Assembly (NCBI GenBank): GCA_034670065.1
Contig: JAXMOG010000003.1
Span: 226,392-290,391 of the forward strand
DNA length: 64,000 nt
Source of the DNA: Pseudoprimorskyibacter sp.
GTDB lineage: Bacteria > Pseudomonadota > Alphaproteobacteria > Rhodobacterales > Rhodobacteraceae
Direction of reading: 5' to 3'
How positions within the stretch are numbered: position 1 is the stretch's first letter; the number at the start of each line of letters is the position of its first letter. The notes beneath the pieces were generated by a model. It did not search any database. It was not told where the DNA came from and saw only the letters and a program-made list of their open reading frames with translations. Below, in pieces: positions 1 through 7,639 of this stretch. Made by a program: the position numbers and the translations under genes.

Positions 1-438
1 AACACGTTGCTGTTGCCCGCCTGACAATTGATCAGGAAACCGGTCTGCCAGCGCAGACAAATCAACAAGCTCCAACATTTCGCCAGCAGCCTTTTCGCGC
101 GTGGCTTTGTCAGACCCTTTCATTTTCAGGCTGAAAGCAACGTTTTCGGCAACGCTAAGGTGCGGAAATAACGCGTAATTTTGAAACATCATTGCTGTGC
201 CACGCTTTGCTGGTGACAGGCTGGAAATATCTCGCCCTCCCAGCAAAATGGCCCCTTCGCTGACGGTTTCATGCCCCGCGATCATCCGCAGCGTCGAGCT
301 TTTGCCGCACCCCGACGGGCCCAGCAGGCAAGCGTATGATGACGGTTTGAAGTGATGGCTTACCGCGTCAACGGCCACGGTATCCCCATAGCGTTTGGTC
401 ACTTTGACCAATTCCAACTCTTTGCCTGTTTCCGACAT
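1..438 (-). CDS. ABC transporter ATP-binding protein (PotA/FbpC-like), N-terminal part; gene continues beyond the window start
   Basis: Reverse translation from ATG 438-436 gives MSETGKELELVKVTKRYGDTVAVDAV...CLLGPSGCGKSSTLRMIAGHE (Walker A)...QLSGGQQQRV (ABC signature) at the window edge. It is open-ended, so it is absent from the ORF track. Confidence 0.85.
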   Translation of the reverse strand, partial: MSETGKELELVKVTKRYGDTVAVDAVSHHFKPSSYACLLGPSGCGKSSTLRMIAGHETVSEGAILLGGRDISSLSPAKRGTAMMFQNYALFPHLSVAENVAFSLKMKGSDKATREKAAGEMLELVDLSALADRFPDQLSGGQQQRV

Positions 439-579
439 GCTCGCCCCAATGCTGATGGCCTCACAAGGAACGAACCGCGAAAAACCGGAAATGATTCTTG
501 CTTTTTTTGACGCACATTTCCGCGCCCTGCCTCATTCCAAGGCACCATTGGAGCGTTTTGGCCACTTTTTGAGCACAAT

Positions 580-591
580 ATTGTATACAAT
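580..591. promoter_or_regulatory. Perfect 12-bp palindrome ATTGTATACAAT, candidate GntR-family operator in the divergent promoter region
   Basis: Read directly. It fits the generic GntR/FadR operator pattern (t.GT-n-AC.a) and lies between the divergently transcribed ABC ATPase and the GntR regulator gene. Confidence 0.4.
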
Positions 592-662
592 TAATTTCAA
601 CTTCCAATACATACGCTCTTCCACTTGAGGACAAAGGCGGCCTCTGACATGGATGAGGCAAT

Positions 663-1367
663 ATGAACGCAGCGTTTGAAAAAATCGGTCGGAACAAGAC
701 GAGTCCGCAAGCTGACAGCGTGGCAGAATCGCTGACCCTGGCCATTCACCAGCATCGGTTGGCCCCTGGCACAAAGCTGGGCGAAGACGAGCTGGCCGAA
801 ATCTATGGGGTATCGCGCACCATCATCCGCGCGGCGATTCAATCATTGGCCCACCACCAGCTGGTGGAGGTCAAACGCAACCGAGGTGCCTTTGTTGCGC
901 AACCGTCCATTCGGGAAGCGCATGAAGTGTTCGAAGCAAGGGCATTGCTGGAACCCCCGATGGCCCGAAGGGCCGCTGACAGGGCTACCCCACAAGACAT
1001 CGAACTGCTGAACCAACATATCCAAGAAGAACATGCCGCGCTTGCCTTGGATGATGCGGGCAAGGCGTTGTACCTTTCCGGCCTGTTTCACGTCGAACTG
1101 ACCCGGATCGCCAACCACGCAACGATCGCCAGCTTTGTCGAAGCGCTGATTGCGCGCTCATCCTTGATTATTGCGCTGTACTGGCGCCGCGAAAGTGCGC
1201 TGTGCGAAAAACATGCGCATCATGCGTTGCTGGACGCTTTGTCGCGCGGCGATGGTCAGGCAGCAGAAGAGTTGATGAAAAGCCACCTTGTTGATCTGCA
1301 TTCAGCGCTGGACCTGCGCGAGCGGCAAAAGCCGTCTCGCTCGTTGAAAGAGGCGCTTTCGCCGTGA
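663..1367 (+). CDS. GntR family transcriptional regulator (FadR-type, FCD C-terminal domain)
   Basis: N-terminal winged HTH ...GEDELAEIYGVSRTIIRAAIQSLAHHQLVEVKRNRGAFV, followed by an all-helical FCD-like C-terminus. Confidence 0.85.
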   Translation: MNAAFEKIGRNKTSPQADSVAESLTLAIHQHRLAPGTKLGEDELAEIYGVSRTIIRAAIQSLAHHQLVEVKRNRGAFVAQPSIREAHEVFEARALLEPPMARRAADRATPQDIELLNQHIQEEHAALALDDAGKALYLSGLFHVELTRIANHATIASFVEALIARSSLIIALYWRRESALCEKHAHHALLDALSRGDGQAAEELMKSHLVDLHSALDLRERQKPSRSLKEALSP

Positions 1368-2188
1368 TGATACGGCGCATGACGCTGGATGAGCTGGCAA
1401 TGGTTCTGGGCTGGGCGCGGGACGAAGGGTGGAATCCCGGTTTGGACGATGCCGCCGCATTCCATGCAGCTGACCCAGATGGGTTCTTTCTGGCCCTGAT
1501 AGATGACACCCCCGTAGCTGCCATATCGGTGGTCAACCATGATGAGAGCCACGCCTTTCTGGGCCTGTACATCTGCTTGCCCGCGTATCGTGGCACCGGT
1601 TGTGGATATGCTCTGTGGCAAGACGCCCTGCGCCATGCCGGTTCGCGATCAGTGACACTGGAAGGCGTGCCCGACCAACAGGCCAACTACATACGGTCCG
1701 GGTTTGCGCGGATCGGCCGTACCATTCGATATAAGGGCGAGGTTTCTGCCGAAAACGAAGCTATCCACGCTGCAACCCCAGACGACGTGCCAGCATTGCT
1801 CAACGCCGACAAAGCGGCGGCTGGCCACGCCCGCCCCGCCTACGCTCAGGCATGGTTTAGCAATTGCGCAACACGACAGACTCAAGTTCTGACACGACCT
1901 ACCGGCGCAATTCAATTTGCCACCTTTCGTAAATGCCATGACGGTCTAAAGATTGGCCCGCTGCACGCCAATGATCGTTCCAGTGCTTTGGCCTTGTTGC
2001 GCGCACGGCCAACACAATTCGGCGATGGGCCGCTGTACATCGACGTACCAGATGGGTCGGCGCTACAGGCACTGGTCATCGAAAACGGGTTTGAACCGGT
2101 ATTTGAGACCGCCAAAATGGTTCTTGGTCGGCCCACAGCCGCGAATCCCCCTGCGTTCTACAGCGTCGCAACACTGGAATTGGGCTAG
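1364..2188 (+). CDS. GNAT family N-acetyltransferase (two-domain, YitH-like C-terminus)
   Basis: GNAT core FLGLYICLPAYRGTGCGYALWQDAL. The start GTG 1364 / ATG 1367 overlaps the GntR stop (GTGATGA). Confidence 0.75.
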   Translation: MMIRRMTLDELAMVLGWARDEGWNPGLDDAAAFHAADPDGFFLALIDDTPVAAISVVNHDESHAFLGLYICLPAYRGTGCGYALWQDALRHAGSRSVTLEGVPDQQANYIRSGFARIGRTIRYKGEVSAENEAIHAATPDDVPALLNADKAAAGHARPAYAQAWFSNCATRQTQVLTRPTGAIQFATFRKCHDGLKIGPLHANDRSSALALLRARPTQFGDGPLYIDVPDGSALQALVIENGFEPVFETAKMVLGRPTAANPPAFYSVATLELG

Positions 2189-2376
2189 TCCGCGAACCGC
2201 GCCGCCCATTGGCGCACTCACCAGACACGCTAACAACACGCCAAACCTGTCGTTCGGCATGCCCAGTCTTTCCGCCAATTGGCCTAAAGAACCAGCTGAC
2301 CACCGCCTTACCTGCCCGAGATCTGCTCAGAACGAAAAAAACATGCGTAAACAATGTGCAATTGCAGCACGCCATG

Positions 2377-2390
2377 TTGCAGCGCAGCAA
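2377..2390. promoter_or_regulatory. FNR/CRP-family (NnrR/Dnr-like) box candidate TTGCA-GCGC-AGCAA
   Basis: TTG-N8-CAA palindrome with a TTGC....GCAA core, centred about 62 nt upstream of ATG 2446. A perfect palindrome TGCAATTGCA lies next to it at 2358-2367. Confidence 0.3.
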
Positions 2391-2445
2391 TGACGATTGA
2401 CCACACGCGGACGTGACTGGTTAAAGCTGTAGCAGCGACCGGACA

Positions 2446-4539
2446 ATGGCGTCCGGGATTATTGAAATGCATGACGCATTTCGATGGGGAGCAGCGAAGC
2501 TCTTAGGCTCTGGCGATCAGCCACAGCCCAGGATTGTTTTGGATGCTCATATGGCAATAGCTGCTCAGATAAATACCCCAGATCACCTTCTTGCTGCCGA
2601 ACTTCCTGTCCTCGTGATTGGAGGCGGCCCGGTTGGCATGCGAGTGGCGCAGCTGCTCAAAAGCGATGGCGTCGAGGTAATGGTGTTAAGCGCCGAACAC
2701 CATCCGCCCTACAACCGCGTTCGACTGACACCGCTTTTGTCCGGTGAGGTACAGTTTGGCGAAATCACCTTGCCACAAAAGACTGATAACGGTGAAGAAA
2801 TTCCGCTGATCTCGGGGCAGCGCGTACTGTCAATTGACCGGGACAATAAGAAAGTCACAACCAGTGACGGGGCGGTTTGGCCCTACTCCAAGCTGGTGAT
2901 TGCCACTGGTTCATCAGCGTTTATTCCCGGTATCGAGGGCAAAGACCTGTCTGGCGTATTTGCGTTCCGGACTGCAGATGATGCGTCGGCGCTGTTGGCC
3001 CGGTCTTTTTCCGCGCGCAAGGTTGCTGTTATCGGCGGCGGATTATTAGGGCTGGAAGCTGCGCGCGGCATGAAGCAGCGTCAGTGCGATGTAACGGTGA
3101 TCGAACACGAAAGCCGGTTGATGCCCCGCCAGTTGGATACCGAGGCCAGCAAACTGCTGGAGACCCGTATTACCGACATGGGCATCGCCGTGCGCACTGG
3201 CACTGCCGTCAAACAGATTGCTGGCACACACAAGGTGACTGGCCTGCATTTTGCCGATCATACGCATCTGGAATGCGACACCGTGATCCTGTGCACCGGC
3301 GTGCGAGCCAATGTTGATTTGGCCAGACAGTCTGGCTTGGCATTCAATCGCGGTGTCATCGTTAACGATCAGATGCAGACGAATGATCCAGACATTTTTG
3401 CCGTGGGCGAATGCGCCCAACATGATGGGCAGATGTATGGATTGGTTGGGCCCGGATACGCCCAAGCCGAAGTCGCGGCCAAGGTCATCGCCGGACAGCA
3501 TGCCGCCTTTCGCGTCAGCCCCCCGGCCACCAAGCTGAAAGTGGTTGGGGCCGATGTGTTTTCGGTGGGCGATGTCGAACAACTGCAAGACATGGTTGGT
3601 GTGCGCCGCCACATCTGGAAGGCCGACGGGCTGTACCGCTGCTTGTATGTTCGGCGCGGGCAACTGGTGGGGGCCAATGCGGTAGGCCTGTGGGATCAGG
3701 CAGGACGCGTACAGGACGCAGCGCATTCAGGCGCAACGATCTATCCTTGGATGATTCACCGGTTTCGCAAGACGGGCGCGATCTGGCTGGACAACAGCGA
3801 AGACTTGGCCGACCTGCCTGACGCAACGACCATTTGCAATTGCACAGGCGTCACATGCGGGCAAATTCGCGGAGCCATCGCGCAGGGCTGCACCGATGCA
3901 CCGGCAATCAGCGCGCGCACGGGTGCGGGCACCGTATGTGGCACGTGCCAGCCTGTTCTGGAAGAACTGGTGAATGCAGGTGGTCCGCCAAAGCCTGTCG
4001 CCTTCTCCAAACCTCTGCTGGCCCTGTCAGGATTGGCCGCGCTAGCCGCACTTATTCCAATTCTGGTGGGCATGGTCCCGCTGCCAAATAGCTTTGACCC
4101 GGACAGCCTGCGCGTTTGGTTGTGGCGGGACAATATCGTCAAACAATGGAGCGGTTTCATCCTGTTGGGCCTGACGATTTCCGCAGCTCTGATTGGTCTG
4201 CGCAAACGCATTCGCCTGATGGACCGGCTGGGCAGCTATGATGGCTGGCGGTTGGTTCATATCGTTCTGGGGGCCATGATCCTTGTTGGATTTCTGGCTC
4301 ATACCGGGTTTCGCATGGGCGCAAATCTGAATTTCATCCTGGGTTTCAGCTTTGTTGCCACACTGATTTTCGGCGCGGCATCAGGCCTGGCCACCGGTGG
4401 CGAACATAAGCTGCGCGAAAAACGAATTGGCACGGCCCGCAAGCCAGCGCGCCGTTGGCCCACATGGTTGCATATTGCAGCGGTGTGGCCCCTGCCCGTC
4501 TTGCTGATGATCCATATCCTGACGGCGTACACATATTGA
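2446..4539 (+). CDS. NirB-N-terminal-type FAD/NAD(P)H oxidoreductase with BFD-like [2Fe-2S] motif fused to a 5-TM, four-histidine (di-heme b-like) membrane domain
   Basis: Two Rossmann motifs (VLVIGGGPVGMRVA; KVAVIGGGLLGLEAA) and FAVGECAQH. BFD-type cysteines are ICNCTGVTCGQ...GTVCGTCQP. The C-terminal about 175 aa has 5 predicted TM helices and H-x13-H in two of them. No siroheme/nitrite-reductase catalytic domain is present. The start is uncertain (ATG 2446, 2467 or 2551). Confidence 0.8.
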   Translation: MASGIIEMHDAFRWGAAKLLGSGDQPQPRIVLDAHMAIAAQINTPDHLLAAELPVLVIGGGPVGMRVAQLLKSDGVEVMVLSAEHHPPYNRVRLTPLLSGEVQFGEITLPQKTDNGEEIPLISGQRVLSIDRDNKKVTTSDGAVWPYSKLVIATGSSAFIPGIEGKDLSGVFAFRTADDASALLARSFSARKVAVIGGGLLGLEAARGMKQRQCDVTVIEHESRLMPRQLDTEASKLLETRITDMGIAVRTGTAVKQIAGTHKVTGLHFADHTHLECDTVILCTGVRANVDLARQSGLAFNRGVIVNDQMQTNDPDIFAVGECAQHDGQMYGLVGPGYAQAEVAAKVIAGQHAAFRVSPPATKLKVVGADVFSVGDVEQLQDMVGVRRHIWKADGLYRCLYVRRGQLVGANAVGLWDQAGRVQDAAHSGATIYPWMIHRFRKTGAIWLDNSEDLADLPDATTICNCTGVTCGQIRGAIAQGCTDAPAISARTGAGTVCGTCQPVLEELVNAGGPPKPVAFSKPLLALSGLAALAALIPILVGMVPLPNSFDPDSLRVWLWRDNIVKQWSGFILLGLTISAALIGLRKRIRLMDRLGSYDGWRLVHIVLGAMILVGFLAHTGFRMGANLNFILGFSFVATLIFGAASGLATGGEHKLREKRIGTARKPARRWPTWLHIAAVWPLPVLLMIHILTAYTY

Positions 4540-4541
4540 CC

Positions 4542-6044
4542 ATGCAAATATCCCGCAAACATATCCTGTGGACCTTGTGGTTGGTCGGTACGCTGATCGC
4601 AGCGGTGGCTGGTGCCAAGACGCTCTTCGTGGCGGGTGATCAGACGGCCCTGATGCCGGGTAACACAACCGGCGTGCATCACCAGTTCGAAATTGCCTGC
4701 GCCACGTGCCACACGTCTGATGTATTTGCCGATGTTGGCAAGGTCCGCAAGGACATCAACAAAACCTGCCTGACCTGCCACAAGGATGAGCTGAAAGCCT
4801 CGGACGACAGCCACCCGAAGAAGAAATTCACCAATCCCCGCATGGCCCCGTATTGGGAACAGGTCGATGGGCGCTATTGCACCACCTGCCATATCGAACA
4901 CGTGCCCGAAGATACGCTGACCAGCATGGTTACTCTGCCCGGCGATTTTTGTGTCGCCTGCCATTCAGAGGGTGAACAAGACGTCCGCGTGAACCGGCCC
5001 AGCCACGAAGGGCTGACCTTTGACACCTGTGCATCTGCCGGCTGCCATAACTTTCACGACAATCGCGCACTCTATGAGGACTTCCTAGTCAAACACGGAA
5101 ATGAGCCGTGGCTATTGCCGGAAACAATTGTGCCCGCCGCTGCGCTGGCGCGTGATCGTGCGCGTGCCAAAAGCAGCGCTGAAATCGATGCCTATCTGGC
5201 GGCGATCACCGCCCCCACACAGACCGTTGAAGAAAAGGTTGCCCATGACTGGGCTGCGTCCGCACATGCCGCTGCAGACGTTGGCTGCGGTGGATGCCAT
5301 GCCCCCGAGGCGGAAACCGAAGAACAAATAGCAGCAGATTGGATCGAGTCCCCAAGCGAAGCCATTTGCGCAGATTGCCACAAGTCCGAAGCCAAGACAT
5401 TTGCGCTTGGCCGCCATGGCATGCGCAGACATCCCAAAATCGCAAAGCCACGGGATGGCGCATCCGCACTGTCCGTTCTTGGCATGGACGAGCCCCCAGA
5501 ATTCTTGATGTCGGTCTTGGCCAAATATCTGGATGATCCTGCGCCACCGCCCATGATGTCCACCGCCGAGGCGCGCGTCCCCCTGCGCCCCGAAGCGCAT
5601 GGGCAAGACCTGACATGTAGCACCTGTCACAAACCGCATGAGCAAAACCTGGAGTTTGCCGCAGTGGGTGCCTGCTTGACCTGTCACAATGATGAACACA
5701 GCCTGGCCTATGAAAGCAGTCCCCATTTCGAACTGTATCAAGCTGAGCTGAGCGGCGCCCTGCCCCCCGGAAGCGGAGTCACCTGCGCCACTTGCCATAT
5801 GCCCAAGACTGAAAAATCCGGGCGTGTAACGTCGAACCACAACCAGAATGACACTCTTCGTCCCAATGAAAAGATGATCCGCCCCGTCTGCATGTCATGC
5901 CACGGCTTGGGCTTTGCAATTGATGCGCTGGCGGATCCCGCCCTCGTCTCAAACAACTTTTCAGGACAACCAGATCGCCACATCGAAAGCATCGATTGGG
6001 CGTTAAAACGCGTGGAACCACCCGAGACTGACGCCAATCAATGA
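4542..6044 (+). CDS. Membrane-anchored or secreted multiheme cytochrome c (10 CxxCH + 1 CxxxxCH)
   Basis: ATG lies 2 nt after the upstream stop. The N-terminal hydrophobic segment is ILWTLWLVGTLIAAVAGA. Heme motifs are CATCH, CLTCH, CTTCH, CVACH, CASAGCH, CGGCH, CADCH, CSTCH, CLTCH, CATCH(MPK) and CMSCH. The ORF-track start 4455 is rejected because it overlaps the upstream gene. Confidence 0.85.
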   Translation: MQISRKHILWTLWLVGTLIAAVAGAKTLFVAGDQTALMPGNTTGVHHQFEIACATCHTSDVFADVGKVRKDINKTCLTCHKDELKASDDSHPKKKFTNPRMAPYWEQVDGRYCTTCHIEHVPEDTLTSMVTLPGDFCVACHSEGEQDVRVNRPSHEGLTFDTCASAGCHNFHDNRALYEDFLVKHGNEPWLLPETIVPAAALARDRARAKSSAEIDAYLAAITAPTQTVEEKVAHDWAASAHAAADVGCGGCHAPEAETEEQIAADWIESPSEAICADCHKSEAKTFALGRHGMRRHPKIAKPRDGASALSVLGMDEPPEFLMSVLAKYLDDPAPPPMMSTAEARVPLRPEAHGQDLTCSTCHKPHEQNLEFAAVGACLTCHNDEHSLAYESSPHFELYQAELSGALPPGSGVTCATCHMPKTEKSGRVTSNHNQNDTLRPNEKMIRPVCMSCHGLGFAIDALADPALVSNNFSGQPDRHIESIDWALKRVEPPETDANQ

Positions 6045-6093
6045 CAAGCGGTCCCACGCACCCTGCAAACCAAAAAAGCAACAGGAGTTAAGA

Positions 6094-6669
6094 ATGTATA
6101 TGAAGATGGGAAAATTAAAAGCGGTAGCCCTAAGCGGCATGTTGGCCTTGGGCGCGATGCAGCCCGCTACAGCTGAAGAAGGCCTGGATTACCAAACCGT
6201 GTCCGACCTTTTGCACCTTGTTATGAGCTCTGACCGTACCGTCTATACGCGCATGATCGTTAACCGTCTGGCTGTTCAGGAAAAAGTCATCACGGCCTCT
6301 GAGCACTTTGTTGACGAAAAAGCTCTGGTTCTGCCCGCGCAGATGTTCCGCTTTGGCTCTGAAATGGTTGCCGAAGAAACCGATGCGTTCTCGTATTCGT
6401 TGCTGTCGCTTTGGCCCATCAACAAGCAAAACGCGCCTACAACCGATCTGGAAAAAGAAGGTCTGACCTACATCGCCGAAAACATTGGCGAGAACTTCTA
6501 TGGCCGTGAAGAGCTGGGCGGAGTCGAGTACTTCACCGCTGTTTACCCAGACATCGCCGTGGCCGAGGCCTGCTCATCTTGCCACAATGATCACAAAGAC
6601 TCCCCCCGCACCGACTTTGAAGGTGGTGATGTAATGGGCGGCGTCGTCATTCGTATTCCGATTGACTAA
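6094..6669 (+). CDS. Periplasmic Tll0287-like (DUF3365) c-type heme protein
   Basis: AGGAG lies 8 nt upstream of the ATG. Signal peptide is MKMGKLKAVALSGMLALGAMQPATA. There is a single C-terminal CSSCH. Overall it resembles the DUF3365/Tll0287 PAS-like heme family, judged from memory of the family. Confidence 0.7.
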   Translation: MYMKMGKLKAVALSGMLALGAMQPATAEEGLDYQTVSDLLHLVMSSDRTVYTRMIVNRLAVQEKVITASEHFVDEKALVLPAQMFRFGSEMVAEETDAFSYSLLSLWPINKQNAPTTDLEKEGLTYIAENIGENFYGREELGGVEYFTAVYPDIAVAEACSSCHNDHKDSPRTDFEGGDVMGGVVIRIPID

Positions 6670-7125
6670 ATGAAACGCTACCTCGGCGCGGCGGTCTTCG
6701 CCGTGTTCCCATTCTTGACCCTCGAACAGGGGCTGGCGGATACCACGCAAGCCTCTGCTCGGGGGCTTGACGGTTTTGTAACCGTCGATCGGCTGAGCGA
6801 TCCTTCAGATCCGCTGCTGCAACAAGGGCGTGCCGTCTGGGCTGACACCTGCCAGAACTGCCACGGCGGAAACAAAGCCACTGGTGCCCCCAAAATCACC
6901 TCCACTCGCGCCTGGGCTCCACGAATTGATCAGGGGATGGCCGTTCTTATCGACCATGCCATCAACGGTTTCGTTGGGCCGCGTTACACCCAAATGCCAC
7001 CACGTGGCGCCAACCCAGACCTGAGCGATGAACAGGTTTCTGCTGCTGTTGCCTTTATGGTTTGGGCCAGCGGTGGGGCGGATGTCGCGTTGGAATACAC
7101 TCAAAAAATGAAAGGGATGGAATAA
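6670..7125 (+). CDS. Class I cytochrome c (c5/c555-like), periplasmic
   Basis: ATG abuts the upstream TAA. It has a signal peptide, one CQNCH, and a distal ...YTQMPPRG (Met ligand region). Confidence 0.8.
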   Translation: MKRYLGAAVFAVFPFLTLEQGLADTTQASARGLDGFVTVDRLSDPSDPLLQQGRAVWADTCQNCHGGNKATGAPKITSTRAWAPRIDQGMAVLIDHAINGFVGPRYTQMPPRGANPDLSDEQVSAAVAFMVWASGGADVALEYTQKMKGME

Positions 7126-7538
7126 TGACACCTGAACAGATTGATCTGGTTCAATCCACATTCAAGAAAGTTGCCCCAATCGCCGATACAGCGGCCGATA
7201 TCTTCTATGACCGCCTGTTCGAGATCGCACCGGACGTGCGCGGTCTGTTCCCAGAAGTGATGACAGACCAGAAAAAGAAGCTGATGCAAATGATCGGCAT
7301 TGCTGTGAACGGCCTGCGTGATCTGGATGCGATTGTGCCTGCGGTTCAAGATCTTGGCGCACGTCACCGTGGCTACGCTGTGAAAGAAGAGCATTATGAT
7401 GTGGTCGGCGCGGCACTGCTCTACACACTGGGCATAGGTTTGGGCGATGACTTCACCCCCGAAGCCGAAGCCGCCTGGGCCGAAACCTACGGCCTGCTTG
7501 CAGGTGTCATGATAGAGGCGCAGCAGGCAGCAGCCTGA
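7125..7538 (+). CDS. Single-domain globin (sensor-globin/protoglobin-related), cytoplasmic
   Basis: MTPEQIDLVQSTFKKVAPIADTAADIFYDRLFEIAPDVRGLF...LGARHRGYAVKEEHYDVVGAALLYTL is a typical bacterial globin-domain pattern with a proximal His in ARHRGY. There is no signal peptide. The start overlaps the upstream stop (TAATG). Confidence 0.8.
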   Translation: MTPEQIDLVQSTFKKVAPIADTAADIFYDRLFEIAPDVRGLFPEVMTDQKKKLMQMIGIAVNGLRDLDAIVPAVQDLGARHRGYAVKEEHYDVVGAALLYTLGIGLGDDFTPEAEAAWAETYGLLAGVMIEAQQAAA

Positions 7539-7590
7539 CTGGAGCCGCTGCCGTCGTTTGCCGAAACAACACAACACAGCCCCAGAAACG

Positions 7591-7620
7591 AAAAAGCCCG
7601 CCGAAATCGGCGGGCTTTCT
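7591..7620. terminator. Bidirectional Rho-independent terminator between the redox operon and the RTX gene
   Basis: Perfect 8-bp stem GCCCGCCG/CGGCGGGC (7596-7603 / 7608-7615) with loop AAAT, flanked by AAAAA on the 5' side and TTT on the 3' side. Confidence 0.75.
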
Positions 7621-7639
7621 CATGTGCTTTGTGGCGTGA

